A stretch of 12,842 nucleotides of DNA from Chthoniobacterales bacterium (GTDB lineage Bacteria; Verrucomicrobiota; Verrucomicrobiia; Chthoniobacterales; UBA10450). The stretch lies in contig QHBM01000070.1 of NCBI GenBank assembly GCA_003244145.1, positions 16,061-28,902 of the forward strand. The letters run 5' to 3'. The notes beneath the pieces were generated by a model. That model was not told the DNA's origin. It ran no database searches and saw nothing but the letters and a program-made list of their open reading frames with translations. Of the stretch, positions 1 to 7,122 are shown in pieces; within the stretch, counting starts at the first letter, position 1, and every line of letters begins with the position of its first letter. The translations under genes were made by a program, and so were the position numbers.

Positions 1-1
1 C

Positions 2-400
2 CTTGCCAAAGACCACGGCATTCGCCGCGCCACCTTGCTCAATGTTGCGGGCGCATATCACTCGCGTTTGATGAACAGCGCTTACGAACAACTCGAGCAG
101 CCGTTGCTCGACGCGGAGCTGCGCGTGCCGCGCTTCGCTGTCACGACCAATGTGACAGGTGAAGTCGCGGAGACGTTGCCGGAAATTCGGATGGCGTTGC
201 GCGACCAGGTCACCAGCACCGTGCGCTGGAGCGATTGCATGGAGAGCCTGCTCGCACGCGGCTGCGATTTCTTCATTGAGCTTGGACCGGGCGAAGTGCT
301 CGCGGGCTTGCTCCGCCGCACGCGCAAAGATGCCGAAGTGATGAGCGTGAGCGATCCGGCCTCGGTGCACGCGTGCGTCGAACGGCTGCGGCAACTCTAG
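2..400 (+). CDS. fabD: Malonyl-CoA:ACP transacylase, C-terminal part (5' end lies outside the window)
   Basis: The frame is open from base 2. The translation ...ATLLNVAGAYHSRLM... matches the FabD V-x-GAFHS-x-LM active-site His region. ...VRWSDCMESL...FIELGPGEVLAGLLRR matches the conserved FabD C-terminus (xxE[IL]GPGxVL[ST]GL). TAG stop at 398-400. Confidence 0.85.
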   Translation, partial: LAKDHGIRRATLLNVAGAYHSRLMNSAYEQLEQPLLDAELRVPRFAVTTNVTGEVAETLPEIRMALRDQVTSTVRWSDCMESLLARGCDFFIELGPGEVLAGLLRRTRKDAEVMSVSDPASVHACVERLRQL

Positions 401-439
401 AGCGCTTGCCGTGTGGGCGCGGTGCTCTAGTTTCCTCGC

Positions 440-892
440 ATGACTTTATCAGAGCGCGTCGATTCGGATTTGAAAGATGCCATGCGCGCGAAGGACGCCG
501 GGCGGCTCGGTGTTCTGCGCATGCTTAAATCGGCCATCAAATATTCCGCCATCGAAAAAGCGGGCGCCGAAGGCCAGCTCGATGACGCCGAAGCCGCGCA
601 GGTCATTCGCAAACAGGTGAAGCAACGCCAGGATTCGATCGAGAGTTTTGAGAAAGGCGGGCGCCCGGAATTGGCGGCGAAAGAGCAGGAAGAAATCGTG
701 ATCCTCAACGCCTATTTGCCGCAGGGCCTCGGCGCCGATGAATTGCAGAAAATTGTTCGCGAAACGATCGCAGAAGTCGGCGCGACGTCGAAAGCGCAAA
801 TGGGGGCGGTCATGAAAGCGCTCCAGGGGAAAGTGGCCGGGCGCGCGGATGGCAAGACGTTGAGCCAGGAAGTGCAGCGGCAGTTGGGATGA
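440..892 (+). CDS. GatB/YqeY domain-containing protein
   Basis: 150-aa ORF. The N-terminus (L)xERVxxDLKDAMRAKDxxRLxVLRMLKSAIK and the later NAYLPQ...GxVMKALQGKxxGRADGKxLSQxV are typical of the YqeY family. Confidence 0.85.
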   Translation: MTLSERVDSDLKDAMRAKDAGRLGVLRMLKSAIKYSAIEKAGAEGQLDDAEAAQVIRKQVKQRQDSIESFEKGGRPELAAKEQEEIVILNAYLPQGLGADELQKIVRETIAEVGATSKAQMGAVMKALQGKVAGRADGKTLSQEVQRQLG

Positions 893-910
893 GGTTGTTG
901 ACGCTCCAAC

Positions 911-1594
911 ATGCTCAGCGCCATCATCGTCGCGGCAGGCAGCGGACAGCGCATGGGGTTCGACAAGTTGTTCGCTCTTCTCGAAGACAAGCCGGTCATT
1001 GCGCACACACTCGAGGCGTTTGAGCAGACTGATTCTGTTGATGAAATCATTCTGGTCGGGCGCGCCGAACAACTGACGCAGCTGCAGGAGCTGGTGACGG
1101 CTGCCGGATCAAAAAAAATTCGTCACGTCATTGCGGGCGGAACGCATCGGCAGGATTCGGTGCGGGCGGGATTGGACCGGGTCCGTTCGGAGGCGCGTTA
1201 TGTGGCGGTGCACGATGCGGCTCGGCCACTGGTGCTACCGAAACAAATTGAGCGCGTGTTCGAACTCGCGCGCGAGCATGGAGCCGCGGCGCTCGCTGCG
1301 CCGATCACCGACACGCTCAAACGAGCGGACGCGAATTCGTTCGTTACGGGTGGGATCGATCGCGCCGGCCTTTACGCGATGCAAACGCCGCAGATTTTTT
1401 CCCGCGAACTTCTCGCCCGCGCTTACGCCGCCGTCGCCGCAAACAACGTTTCGGTTACCGATGAAGTTTCGGCCGTCGAATATCTAGGAGCCAAAGTTCT
1501 GCTCGTGCCTAACGACGAATTCAATTTGAAGATCACGTATCCGCGCGATCTGTGGCTTGCTCAGTCCGCGCTCAGACGGCGGTTGTCCTCATAG
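911..1594 (+). CDS. ispD: 2-C-methyl-D-erythritol 4-phosphate cytidylyltransferase
   Basis: 227-aa ORF. It carries the IIVAAGSGQRMG nucleotide-binding motif, VAVHDAARP, MQTPQIF, VTDEVSAVE and the C-terminal LKITYPRDL, all IspD hallmarks. Confidence 0.9.
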   Translation: MLSAIIVAAGSGQRMGFDKLFALLEDKPVIAHTLEAFEQTDSVDEIILVGRAEQLTQLQELVTAAGSKKIRHVIAGGTHRQDSVRAGLDRVRSEARYVAVHDAARPLVLPKQIERVFELAREHGAAALAAPITDTLKRADANSFVTGGIDRAGLYAMQTPQIFSRELLARAYAAVAANNVSVTDEVSAVEYLGAKVLLVPNDEFNLKITYPRDLWLAQSALRRRLSS

Positions 1595-2502
1595 CGGCGA
1601 ACGAGCTCAACCACCTGCGGCACATCGGCCTCCGCGAAAGCGCGGCGTTTTTTCAAAGCCCCGGCCGCGGCCAGCTCGTTCACCTGCAGCAATTGGCCGC
1701 GCTTCCAGATCCACGCCTCGGGATTGTACGGGCCGACGCGGCGCGGATCGGACCAGGTGTGAATCGAAACCAGCCGCGGCGAGATGGCCGCGGCAATGTG
1801 CATCGGCCCGCTATCGACACTGATGGTGAATTGCGCCGCGCGGATGAGCCAGATGAGCTGAAGGAGAGTCGTTTGATTGGTGAGATCCACGCAGTTGTCC
1901 GGCGCGCGCAGCTTGCGCATCGTCTTCCCCACGATCACCACCCGAACCGGCGCGAGCGCTCGGCAAAAACTCTCGATCACGGAATTGCGAAGCGATTTCT
2001 GCGCTCCCCGTGCAAAGGGATGAAGCAAAACGAACGGCGGGTAGGAATCGAAACGCGGCAACTCGTCGCCGCTCGGCAACGGAAAGCGGAGAACGGGCGG
2101 AATCGTCGCGCCGAACGCTTCGGCCAGTTTCAGGTAACGCTCGACCGCGTGCGTGAGGCGATCGACTTTCGCGACTCGATGGTAGAACAACCGCGAACCT
2201 TCGCGTCCATCGCTCAAGCCCCAGATCTCGCGTGCGCCGCTCGCGCGTCCCATGAGCGCGCTGCGCAGGAGTCCCTGAAAGTCGAGCGCGACGTCGGGCT
2301 TGAGGGCCCGGGTTTTTTTTAGCCACGGCAAAAAACTGCGCGGCGTGTTCAATCCTCGGAATTCGCCGCGCGGAAAAATATGGACGTGGTCGACGTCGGG
2401 ATTTCCGCGCAGGAGCGTGGTCCATTCCGGATTGATGATCCAGGTGATCTTCGCTTGCGGATTGGCGTCGCGAATTGCCGCCACCGCCGGCAACGTATGC
2501 AC
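1561..2502 (-). CDS. Glycosyltransferase family 9 (LPS heptosyltransferase-like). The coordinates use the first canonical start (GTG 2502), but the true start is probably upstream, near 2547.
   Basis: HTLPAVAAIRDANPQAKITWIINPEW..., the GT9 N-terminal motif, and the C-terminal ...LIRAAQFTISVDSGPMHIAAA... are characteristic of GT9. The frame stays open upstream to 2562 and encodes IRSILVIKPSSLGDIV, the conserved first strand and loop of GT9 enzymes. That stretch contains no ATG, GTG or TTG. Confidence 0.8.
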   Translation of the reverse strand: MHTLPAVAAIRDANPQAKITWIINPEWTTLLRGNPDVDHVHIFPRGEFRGLNTPRSFLPWLKKTRALKPDVALDFQGLLRSALMGRASGAREIWGLSDGREGSRLFYHRVAKVDRLTHAVERYLKLAEAFGATIPPVLRFPLPSGDELPRFDSYPPFVLLHPFARGAQKSLRNSVIESFCRALAPVRVVIVGKTMRKLRAPDNCVDLTNQTTLLQLIWLIRAAQFTISVDSGPMHIAAAISPRLVSIHTWSDPRRVGPYNPEAWIWKRGQLLQVNELAAAGALKKRRAFAEADVPQVVELVRRYEDNRRLSAD

Positions 2503-2544
2503 GATGTCACCGAGCGAGCTCGGCTTGATGACGAGGATGGAACG

Positions 2545-2619
2545 GATTTCAGATTTCAGATTTCAGATTTCAGATTGAAACGCGATCAATCTGCAATCTG
2601 AAATCTACAATCTGCAATT
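2545..2619. repeat. Opposed heptanucleotide tandem arrays forming a long imperfect hairpin
   Basis: GATTTCA x4 is perfect at 2545-2572, with a degenerate fifth unit GATTGAA at 2573-2579. The 7-nt loop is AACGCGA (2579-2585). The reverse-oriented units are AATCTGC, AATCTGA, AATCTAC and AATCTGC at 2588-2615. By hand, 29 of 33 positions pair (2546-2578 with 2586-2618). Confidence 0.85.
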
Positions 2620-2620
2620 T

Positions 2621-3343
2621 TTACCTGCCGAGCTTCAACCGATCGGCCAGAAGGCGGGGCAGACCCGCCTTGATGATTTTCTGCTGCGCGGTCGCGAGGT
2701 CGTATTTGAGCCGGCGTTGCTCGACCACCTTCTTGTCCACGTCGTAAATGCAGTAAGCGGCGCGCCAATCGCCATCGCGCGGCTGTCCGACGCTGCCGAC
2801 GTTGATGAAATATTTCTTCGTCTCCTCGATCATGAGTTGATCGGTTTTCACGCGCCTCACCCCGTCATCGCGCACGAACGCGCCCGGCACATGCGTGTGC
2901 CCGAAGAAGCAAACGGTCGTGTGCTGATAGGTAAAACTGGCGGCGGCATCGAGATCGTTGAAGACGTAACCCCACTGGTCCGGCGTATCGAGCGTCGCGT
3001 GCACGATCGTGAAATCGCGGACTTGCCGGGTCATGCGCAGATCCCGAAGCCATTCCTTGTCTTCCTTGGTCAACTGCGCGCGCGTCCAGTTGATCGCCAT
3101 TTCCGCGAGCGGATTAAAACCGCGCGATGATTCTTCAATCGAGGCCTGCTCGTCATGATTTCCCTTCACCACCGGGCACTCCAATTTTTGCACGATCTCG
3201 ACGCACTCATGCGGGTTCGCGTTGTAACCGACCACGTCCCCCAGGCAGACGAAGTGCGTGCACCCGCGTTCGTGCGCGTCGGCCAGAACGGTTTCGGTCG
3301 CTTCCAGATTGGCGTGAAGATCGCTGAAAATCGCGAAGCGCAT
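2621..3343 (-). CDS. Metallophosphoesterase family protein (calcineurin-like phosphoesterase)
   Basis: 240-aa ORF with the full motif set in order: FSDLHAN (DxH), CLGDVVGY (GDxxG/D), VKGNHDE (GNHD/E) and FFGHTHV (GHTH). Confidence 0.85.
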   Translation of the reverse strand: MRFAIFSDLHANLEATETVLADAHERGCTHFVCLGDVVGYNANPHECVEIVQKLECPVVKGNHDEQASIEESSRGFNPLAEMAINWTRAQLTKEDKEWLRDLRMTRQVRDFTIVHATLDTPDQWGYVFNDLDAAASFTYQHTTVCFFGHTHVPGAFVRDDGVRRVKTDQLMIEETKKYFINVGSVGQPRDGDWRAAYCIYDVDKKVVEQRRLKYDLATAQQKIIKAGLPRLLADRLKLGR

Positions 3344-3349
3344 GGGCAG

Positions 3350-4108
3350 TTACGGCAATCGATCGGGAATTCGCTGATCCAACGGGATATCCAATTTGAT
3401 TTCCATTTCCTTCAACCGTCGGAGCAATGTCGGCAACCGTTCGTTTTCGCCGGATGCGTAAAGAGCGTGAAGTCGATCGTAGGCCTCGCGCTCGTGACCC
3501 GGGCATTGCGAAAGCTCGTAGGCCGCGAAACGCTTAAGGTAGCTCGGGGCCTCGGGAAGCGCGGCGCCTTTTCCAAAAAATTCTGCGGCATGTTCGTGAT
3601 CGATGTACTTGTCTCGATAAAGACGGCCAAGCGCTTCGTAAAGTTGAGGGCGTTCCGGGTTGTTCCTAATCCCGCGCTCGAGAAAATCTTTGCCGAGCGC
3701 GAAATATTCGCGCTGGGCCTTGATCCGCAAAGCGAGACGCGGCTGGGCCGGATTGTTGATCGCAGCGGTGCTCGCATTCCAGGCCATGTGCCACGCGGCC
3801 ATGTCCCAAAAAAGAATCACGCGTGGCTGGAGCGTCGTGACCTGGCGAAAAAGAAGCAGGACGCGTCCCCATTCCGTTCGCTCCCACGCCACGTGCGCTT
3901 GAATGAAGAGGCCGTCCGCGACCAGCGACCGGAAACCGCTCAGGGCCGCGACGAACCCGAGCTGGCCGATTTGTTCGCGCAACCCCAGATTGAAATCGAC
4001 GTCGCGAAAATGGAGATCGCGATGCGCCTTCGCGAGCGCATGCTCGGCCGGCAATTTCGCGACGCCGAAAAGCGCGACACTTATCAGGACAACGAAAACG
4101 CGCATCAT
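3350..4108 (-). CDS. Hypothetical N-terminally anchored or exported helical-repeat (TPR-like) protein
   Basis: 252-aa ORF with a hydrophobic N-terminus (MMRVFVVLISVALFGVA). The remainder is rich in helical A/L/R/Y segments (YEALGRLYRDKY, AYDRLHALYA) resembling TPR-like repeats. Its ATG overlaps the permease stop by 4 nt (ATGA at 4105-4108). Confidence 0.5.
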   Translation of the reverse strand: MMRVFVVLISVALFGVAKLPAEHALAKAHRDLHFRDVDFNLGLREQIGQLGFVAALSGFRSLVADGLFIQAHVAWERTEWGRVLLLFRQVTTLQPRVILFWDMAAWHMAWNASTAAINNPAQPRLALRIKAQREYFALGKDFLERGIRNNPERPQLYEALGRLYRDKYIDHEHAAEFFGKGAALPEAPSYLKRFAAYELSQCPGHEREAYDRLHALYASGENERLPTLLRRLKEMEIKLDIPLDQRIPDRLP

Positions 4109-4992
4109 AATTCTTTACGAAAAAAGAGAGACCAGGCGAGGAGCAGATAAAAGCCTGTGTAGAAGAGGCCGAGCGTAGCCGTTTTCAGGAAAAGCGCCAG
4201 CGGGATGGCGTTCCCGGCGATGATATCGTCCGTCCGATTGAACAGCTGCAGATCGGGGAAGAGCAGGGCCACGAGCGCGAGAAGCGATTTGGTGATCCAG
4301 CCGGCGCTGTTGTTTTGCAGCCAATATTCGCGCGCGATCCCCTGGAGATGGCCAATGAAATAAACAAAGACCATCACCACGGTCGTGAAAACCGTGGTGG
4401 TGGCGAAAGTGGAAACGAAAAGGGTGAGCGACGCGAGCAAACACGCCTTTACGTAGATGATCGCGATGCCCGGCAGCAAACCGGCGCTGAAGGCCGACGC
4501 GCGGACGGCGCGCAACGCGTCCGCCATTTGTTCCGGGGGCGCGGTGCTCATCTGGCGGGTGGTTTCATACAAAACGGTTTGTTCGCGCAGGTAGAGCACG
4601 ATGAAAAAAAGCGCACCCATGGCGATGATGCTGAGCGCGAGCAGGAGCAGCACACCCAGAAGTTTTCCGAGAAGGTATTCAACGCGCGGGACCGGCTTCG
4701 CGAGGATTGTGTAAATCGTCCGGTCCTCGATCTCCTGTGGAAGGAGCCGCGCGGTGGTCACGACCGCGAGCAAAGAGGTAAAAATGCTCATCGCGCCAAG
4801 GGCGATATCTTTCACCACTTGAAATTCCTGCTGGAAAGTCAGCTGCGCCATGAAGATCGAGGTGCCGATCAAGACCAGCGCGAAGAGCAGGAGCACGTAA
4901 AAAACTTTTAGCCGCGTTAGCTCGGTCAAGGTGTTGCCGGTAATCGCCACGATGCGACCCAGCGAAAAAGCGCGATGACGCGGTCGGATCAT
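4105..4992 (-). CDS. ABC-2 type transporter permease
   Basis: 295-aa ORF with about six hydrophobic spans (for example VFYVLLLFALVLIGTSIFMA and LLGVLLLLALSIIAMGALFFIVL). It has 4-nt start/stop overlaps with the ATPase gene (4989-4992) and the downstream gene (4105-4108). Confidence 0.7.
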   Translation of the reverse strand: MIRPRHRAFSLGRIVAITGNTLTELTRLKVFYVLLLFALVLIGTSIFMAQLTFQQEFQVVKDIALGAMSIFTSLLAVVTTARLLPQEIEDRTIYTILAKPVPRVEYLLGKLLGVLLLLALSIIAMGALFFIVLYLREQTVLYETTRQMSTAPPEQMADALRAVRASAFSAGLLPGIAIIYVKACLLASLTLFVSTFATTTVFTTVVMVFVYFIGHLQGIAREYWLQNNSAGWITKSLLALVALLFPDLQLFNRTDDIIAGNAIPLALFLKTATLGLFYTGFYLLLAWSLFFRKEL

Positions 4993-5861
4993 GGCGTGTC
5001 CCGACGTGTTTGTTCCCGCGGCGACTCGGTCGCTTCGAGGAAGACTCGCTCCAGCGAAGTGCGGGGCCGGCGCCGGTCCAGCACGCGCGCCCCGCGTTTC
5101 GATGCCAGGGTTTCGATTTCGCCGAGCAATTCGGGAGACGCGTTTTCCAAAACGAGCTCTGTTTGATTTTCGATTCCGAGCAGATCGTCGAGAGCGCCTT
5201 CGCGGACGAGAACGCCATTGGCAAGAATACCGACGCGATCGCAGATCTCCTGCACTTGTCCGAGAAGATGCGACGAGAGCAGAACAGTGATGCCGCGCTC
5301 TTTCAGGTGAAGGATGAGGTCCCGAATTTCGCCCGCACCGGCGGGATCGACGCCGGCGGTCGGCTCATCCAGGACGACGAGCGCCGGTTCGTGGACGAGC
5401 GCCTGGGCCAGACCGATGCGTTGGAGCATCCCTTTGGAATAACCGCCGAGGCGGCGCTTGCGTGCATTCGTTAGGCCGACGAGCGCGAGCAGTTCCTCCA
5501 CGCGATTCTTCAAGGCCGCGCCGCGCAATCCGCCCAGCTTCCCATGGAAGCGCAACGTTTCTTCGCCGGTGAGATACTTGTGGAAATACGGACTCTCCGG
5601 CAGGAACCCGACCGCTTCGCGGCTGGCGACGAGGTTGCTGTCTTTTCCAAAGATTTCCGCCCGGCCCTTTGTCGGCGGGACCAGGCCGAGAATGATCTTG
5701 AGCGTCGTGCTCTTGCCCGATCCATTCGGCCCGAGCAAACCGTAGATCTGGCCCGGCGAAACGCGCAGGGTCAGGTCGCGCAAGGCCACGACCGATCGCC
5801 GTTGAAACGGGACCGGAAAAATTTTGGTGACGCCGATAACGGCGACTGCGGGCTCACTCAT
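4989..5861 (-). CDS. ABC transporter ATP-binding protein
   Basis: Contains Walker A GPNGSGKST, the signature variant YSKGMLQR, Walker B LVVLDEPTAGVD and the H-loop LSSHLL. Confidence 0.92.
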   Translation of the reverse strand: MSEPAVAVIGVTKIFPVPFQRRSVVALRDLTLRVSPGQIYGLLGPNGSGKSTTLKIILGLVPPTKGRAEIFGKDSNLVASREAVGFLPESPYFHKYLTGEETLRFHGKLGGLRGAALKNRVEELLALVGLTNARKRRLGGYSKGMLQRIGLAQALVHEPALVVLDEPTAGVDPAGAGEIRDLILHLKERGITVLLSSHLLGQVQEICDRVGILANGVLVREGALDDLLGIENQTELVLENASPELLGEIETLASKRGARVLDRRRPRTSLERVFLEATESPREQTRRDTP

Positions 5862-6174
5862 GCCGAATCTCGAAACCGCGGTAGGCCGGCGGATTTGGCA
5901 GAGGCGCTTCGGAATGCTTCTTAATATGAGCGCGCAGTTCGCTTTGCCCGATGGCTTCGAGGAAGGCGCGCACTTCCTCTTCTTCGCCCAAAGCCAGAAG
6001 CTCGACTCGGCCGTCTCGCAGATTGCGGATGGAGCCGGTGACGTCGAACCCTTTCGCTATCTGGCGGACGGAATAACGGAAACCGATCCCCTGCACATTT
6101 CCTTCGTAAAAGACCTGAATCGATGAAGTCACGCCATCGGAAGATTGATCCGGCCTGCTGCCGGCGGCAACCAC
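5854..6174 (-). CDS. acyP: Acylphosphatase
   Basis: 106-aa ORF with a GTG start. It carries both acylphosphatase signatures: YEGNVQGIGFRY (V-x-G-x-VQGV-x-FR) and GSIRNLRDGRVE (G-x-V-x-N-x-x-DG-x-V). It overlaps the ABC ATPase start by 8 nt. Confidence 0.8.
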   Translation of the reverse strand: MVAAGSRPDQSSDGVTSSIQVFYEGNVQGIGFRYSVRQIAKGFDVTGSIRNLRDGRVELLALGEEEEVRAFLEAIGQSELRAHIKKHSEAPLPNPPAYRGFEIRHE

Positions 6175-6184
6175 GCAGCGCGTT

Positions 6185-6691
6185 TTATTGATCCGGCCGG
6201 GGCAGTGGCGGCAGATCGGGATTCGGCAATTCCTCTGGCGGCGGCACCAGGCGCGGGTCGTTGGAATTGAGATTGAATTGCTCGGCCGCGGGGCGGTCGG
6301 AAGGCGTTGTCGCCACCGAATCAGCCGGGCGCGCGCTCACGGCCGCGACGAGGAGGGAAGAGGCCGGTTTGATTTCTTCGCTCAGGACATAACCCTGCTG
6401 CCCGGTCGCGACGACTTGAACTTTGCTGTAACCGAACGACGGGCGAATCAGTTTCACCAGCGTGTCCTTCGGCAACTTTGCGTCCGGATCGAGACCCGGC
6501 CGCGGGCCATGACGGAAAAAGGCGGCGGAGTCTGCGGTCACGGCAAAGAGTTTGCCGTCGGCGCTGGTTTTCTTGACAGCCTTAGGAGCGGTCGAGCAGC
6601 CTGTGAAAGAAACAGCGAGGAAGGCTCCGGTCAGAAGAAATGATCGAGCGCAACTCACGCCGCAAATAAAGCACGTGCCGCGCCACCTCAC
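6185..6691 (-). CDS. Hypothetical lipoprotein with an SH3b-like core and a Pro-rich tail
   Basis: Hydrophobic leader ending in a lipobox-like SFTG|C. The middle has an SH3b-like pattern (VKLIRPSFGYSKVQVVATGQQGYVLSEEIKP). The C-terminus is PPPEELPNPDLPPLPRP. The GTG start overlaps the upstream stop (GTGA at 6688-6691), and the exact start is uncertain. Confidence 0.55.
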   Translation of the reverse strand: MRWRGTCFICGVSCARSFLLTGAFLAVSFTGCSTAPKAVKKTSADGKLFAVTADSAAFFRHGPRPGLDPDAKLPKDTLVKLIRPSFGYSKVQVVATGQQGYVLSEEIKPASSLLVAAVSARPADSVATTPSDRPAAEQFNLNSNDPRLVPPPEELPNPDLPPLPRPDQ

Positions 6692-7122
6692 TTATACGAA
6701 TAGACCAGGCAGAACGCGGTGGGTTCGCCTTCGAGAAAACTGACGGAAACAAAATACTGCCCGCTCGTCGTCGGAGAAAATCCGGCCGCGGCCCGTTCGC
6801 CCTCATTGTAAGTCTCGGTTGTCAGCGGCTTCCCTGTTTCGTCGAAAAGGTCGACTGCGATTTTTTTCGCCTTCGTATTCGCGGCTGCGGCAAACCAATA
6901 TTGGTTTCCGGCGTAGAGATTTACCGCCACGAGCGCACGTTCGGCCGGCTTGATTTGCCCCGCCCAATGACCGTCGCGGAGTTTAAAGCCGTCATTAGTA
7001 AATGCGCCGGTGAGATCGAGCACCAACCGATGCGCCTCCACTTCGTCATCGGTCTCGGCGCGGAGGACCGGTCCGGCCGCAAAGACAACCAAGCCCAACA
7101 GAATCGCGAGGCGCCGCTTCAT
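6688..7122 (-). CDS. Hypothetical exported protein (beta-rich)
   Basis: 144-aa ORF with a clear Sec signal peptide (MKRRLAILLGLVVFAAGPVLRA|E). I recognise no motif. Its ATG overlaps the upstream gene's stop (ATGA at 7119-7122). Confidence 0.6.
   Translation of the reverse strand: MKRRLAILLGLVVFAAGPVLRAETDDEVEAHRLVLDLTGAFTNDGFKLRDGHWAGQIKPAERALVAVNLYAGNQYWFAAAANTKAKKIAVDLFDETGKPLTTETYNEGERAAAGFSPTTSGQYFVSVSFLEGEPTAFCLVYSYK

Noticed and set aside
2545-2580. Heptamer tract as a slipped-strand phase-variation switch inside the LPS glycosyltransferase coding sequence
   Set aside because: On the - strand the unit is TGAAATC, so three or more copies place a TGA in every reading frame. The tract therefore cannot be translated in any copy-number state, and frame-switching ON/OFF control of the coding sequence is impossible. 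Copy-number effects on a promoter or UTR remain conceivable but are unsupported.
2545-2619. A CRISPR-like or other spaced repeat array
   Set aside because: The units are 7 nt, directly abutting and in opposed orientation, with no spacers. No cas genes are present in the window.
1552-4150. Long + strand ORFs 1552-2322 (256 aa) and 3155-4150 (331 aa), and similar ORFs elsewhere (449-1072 -, 7311-8036 +, 8098-8763 -)
   Set aside because: All are opposite-strand shadows of genes with clear family motifs (GT9, metallophosphoesterase and TPR-like protein, YqeY and IspD, the exported protein, enolase). Their translations are Arg/Ala/Pro-rich with no motifs, which is typical of GC-rich antisense frames.
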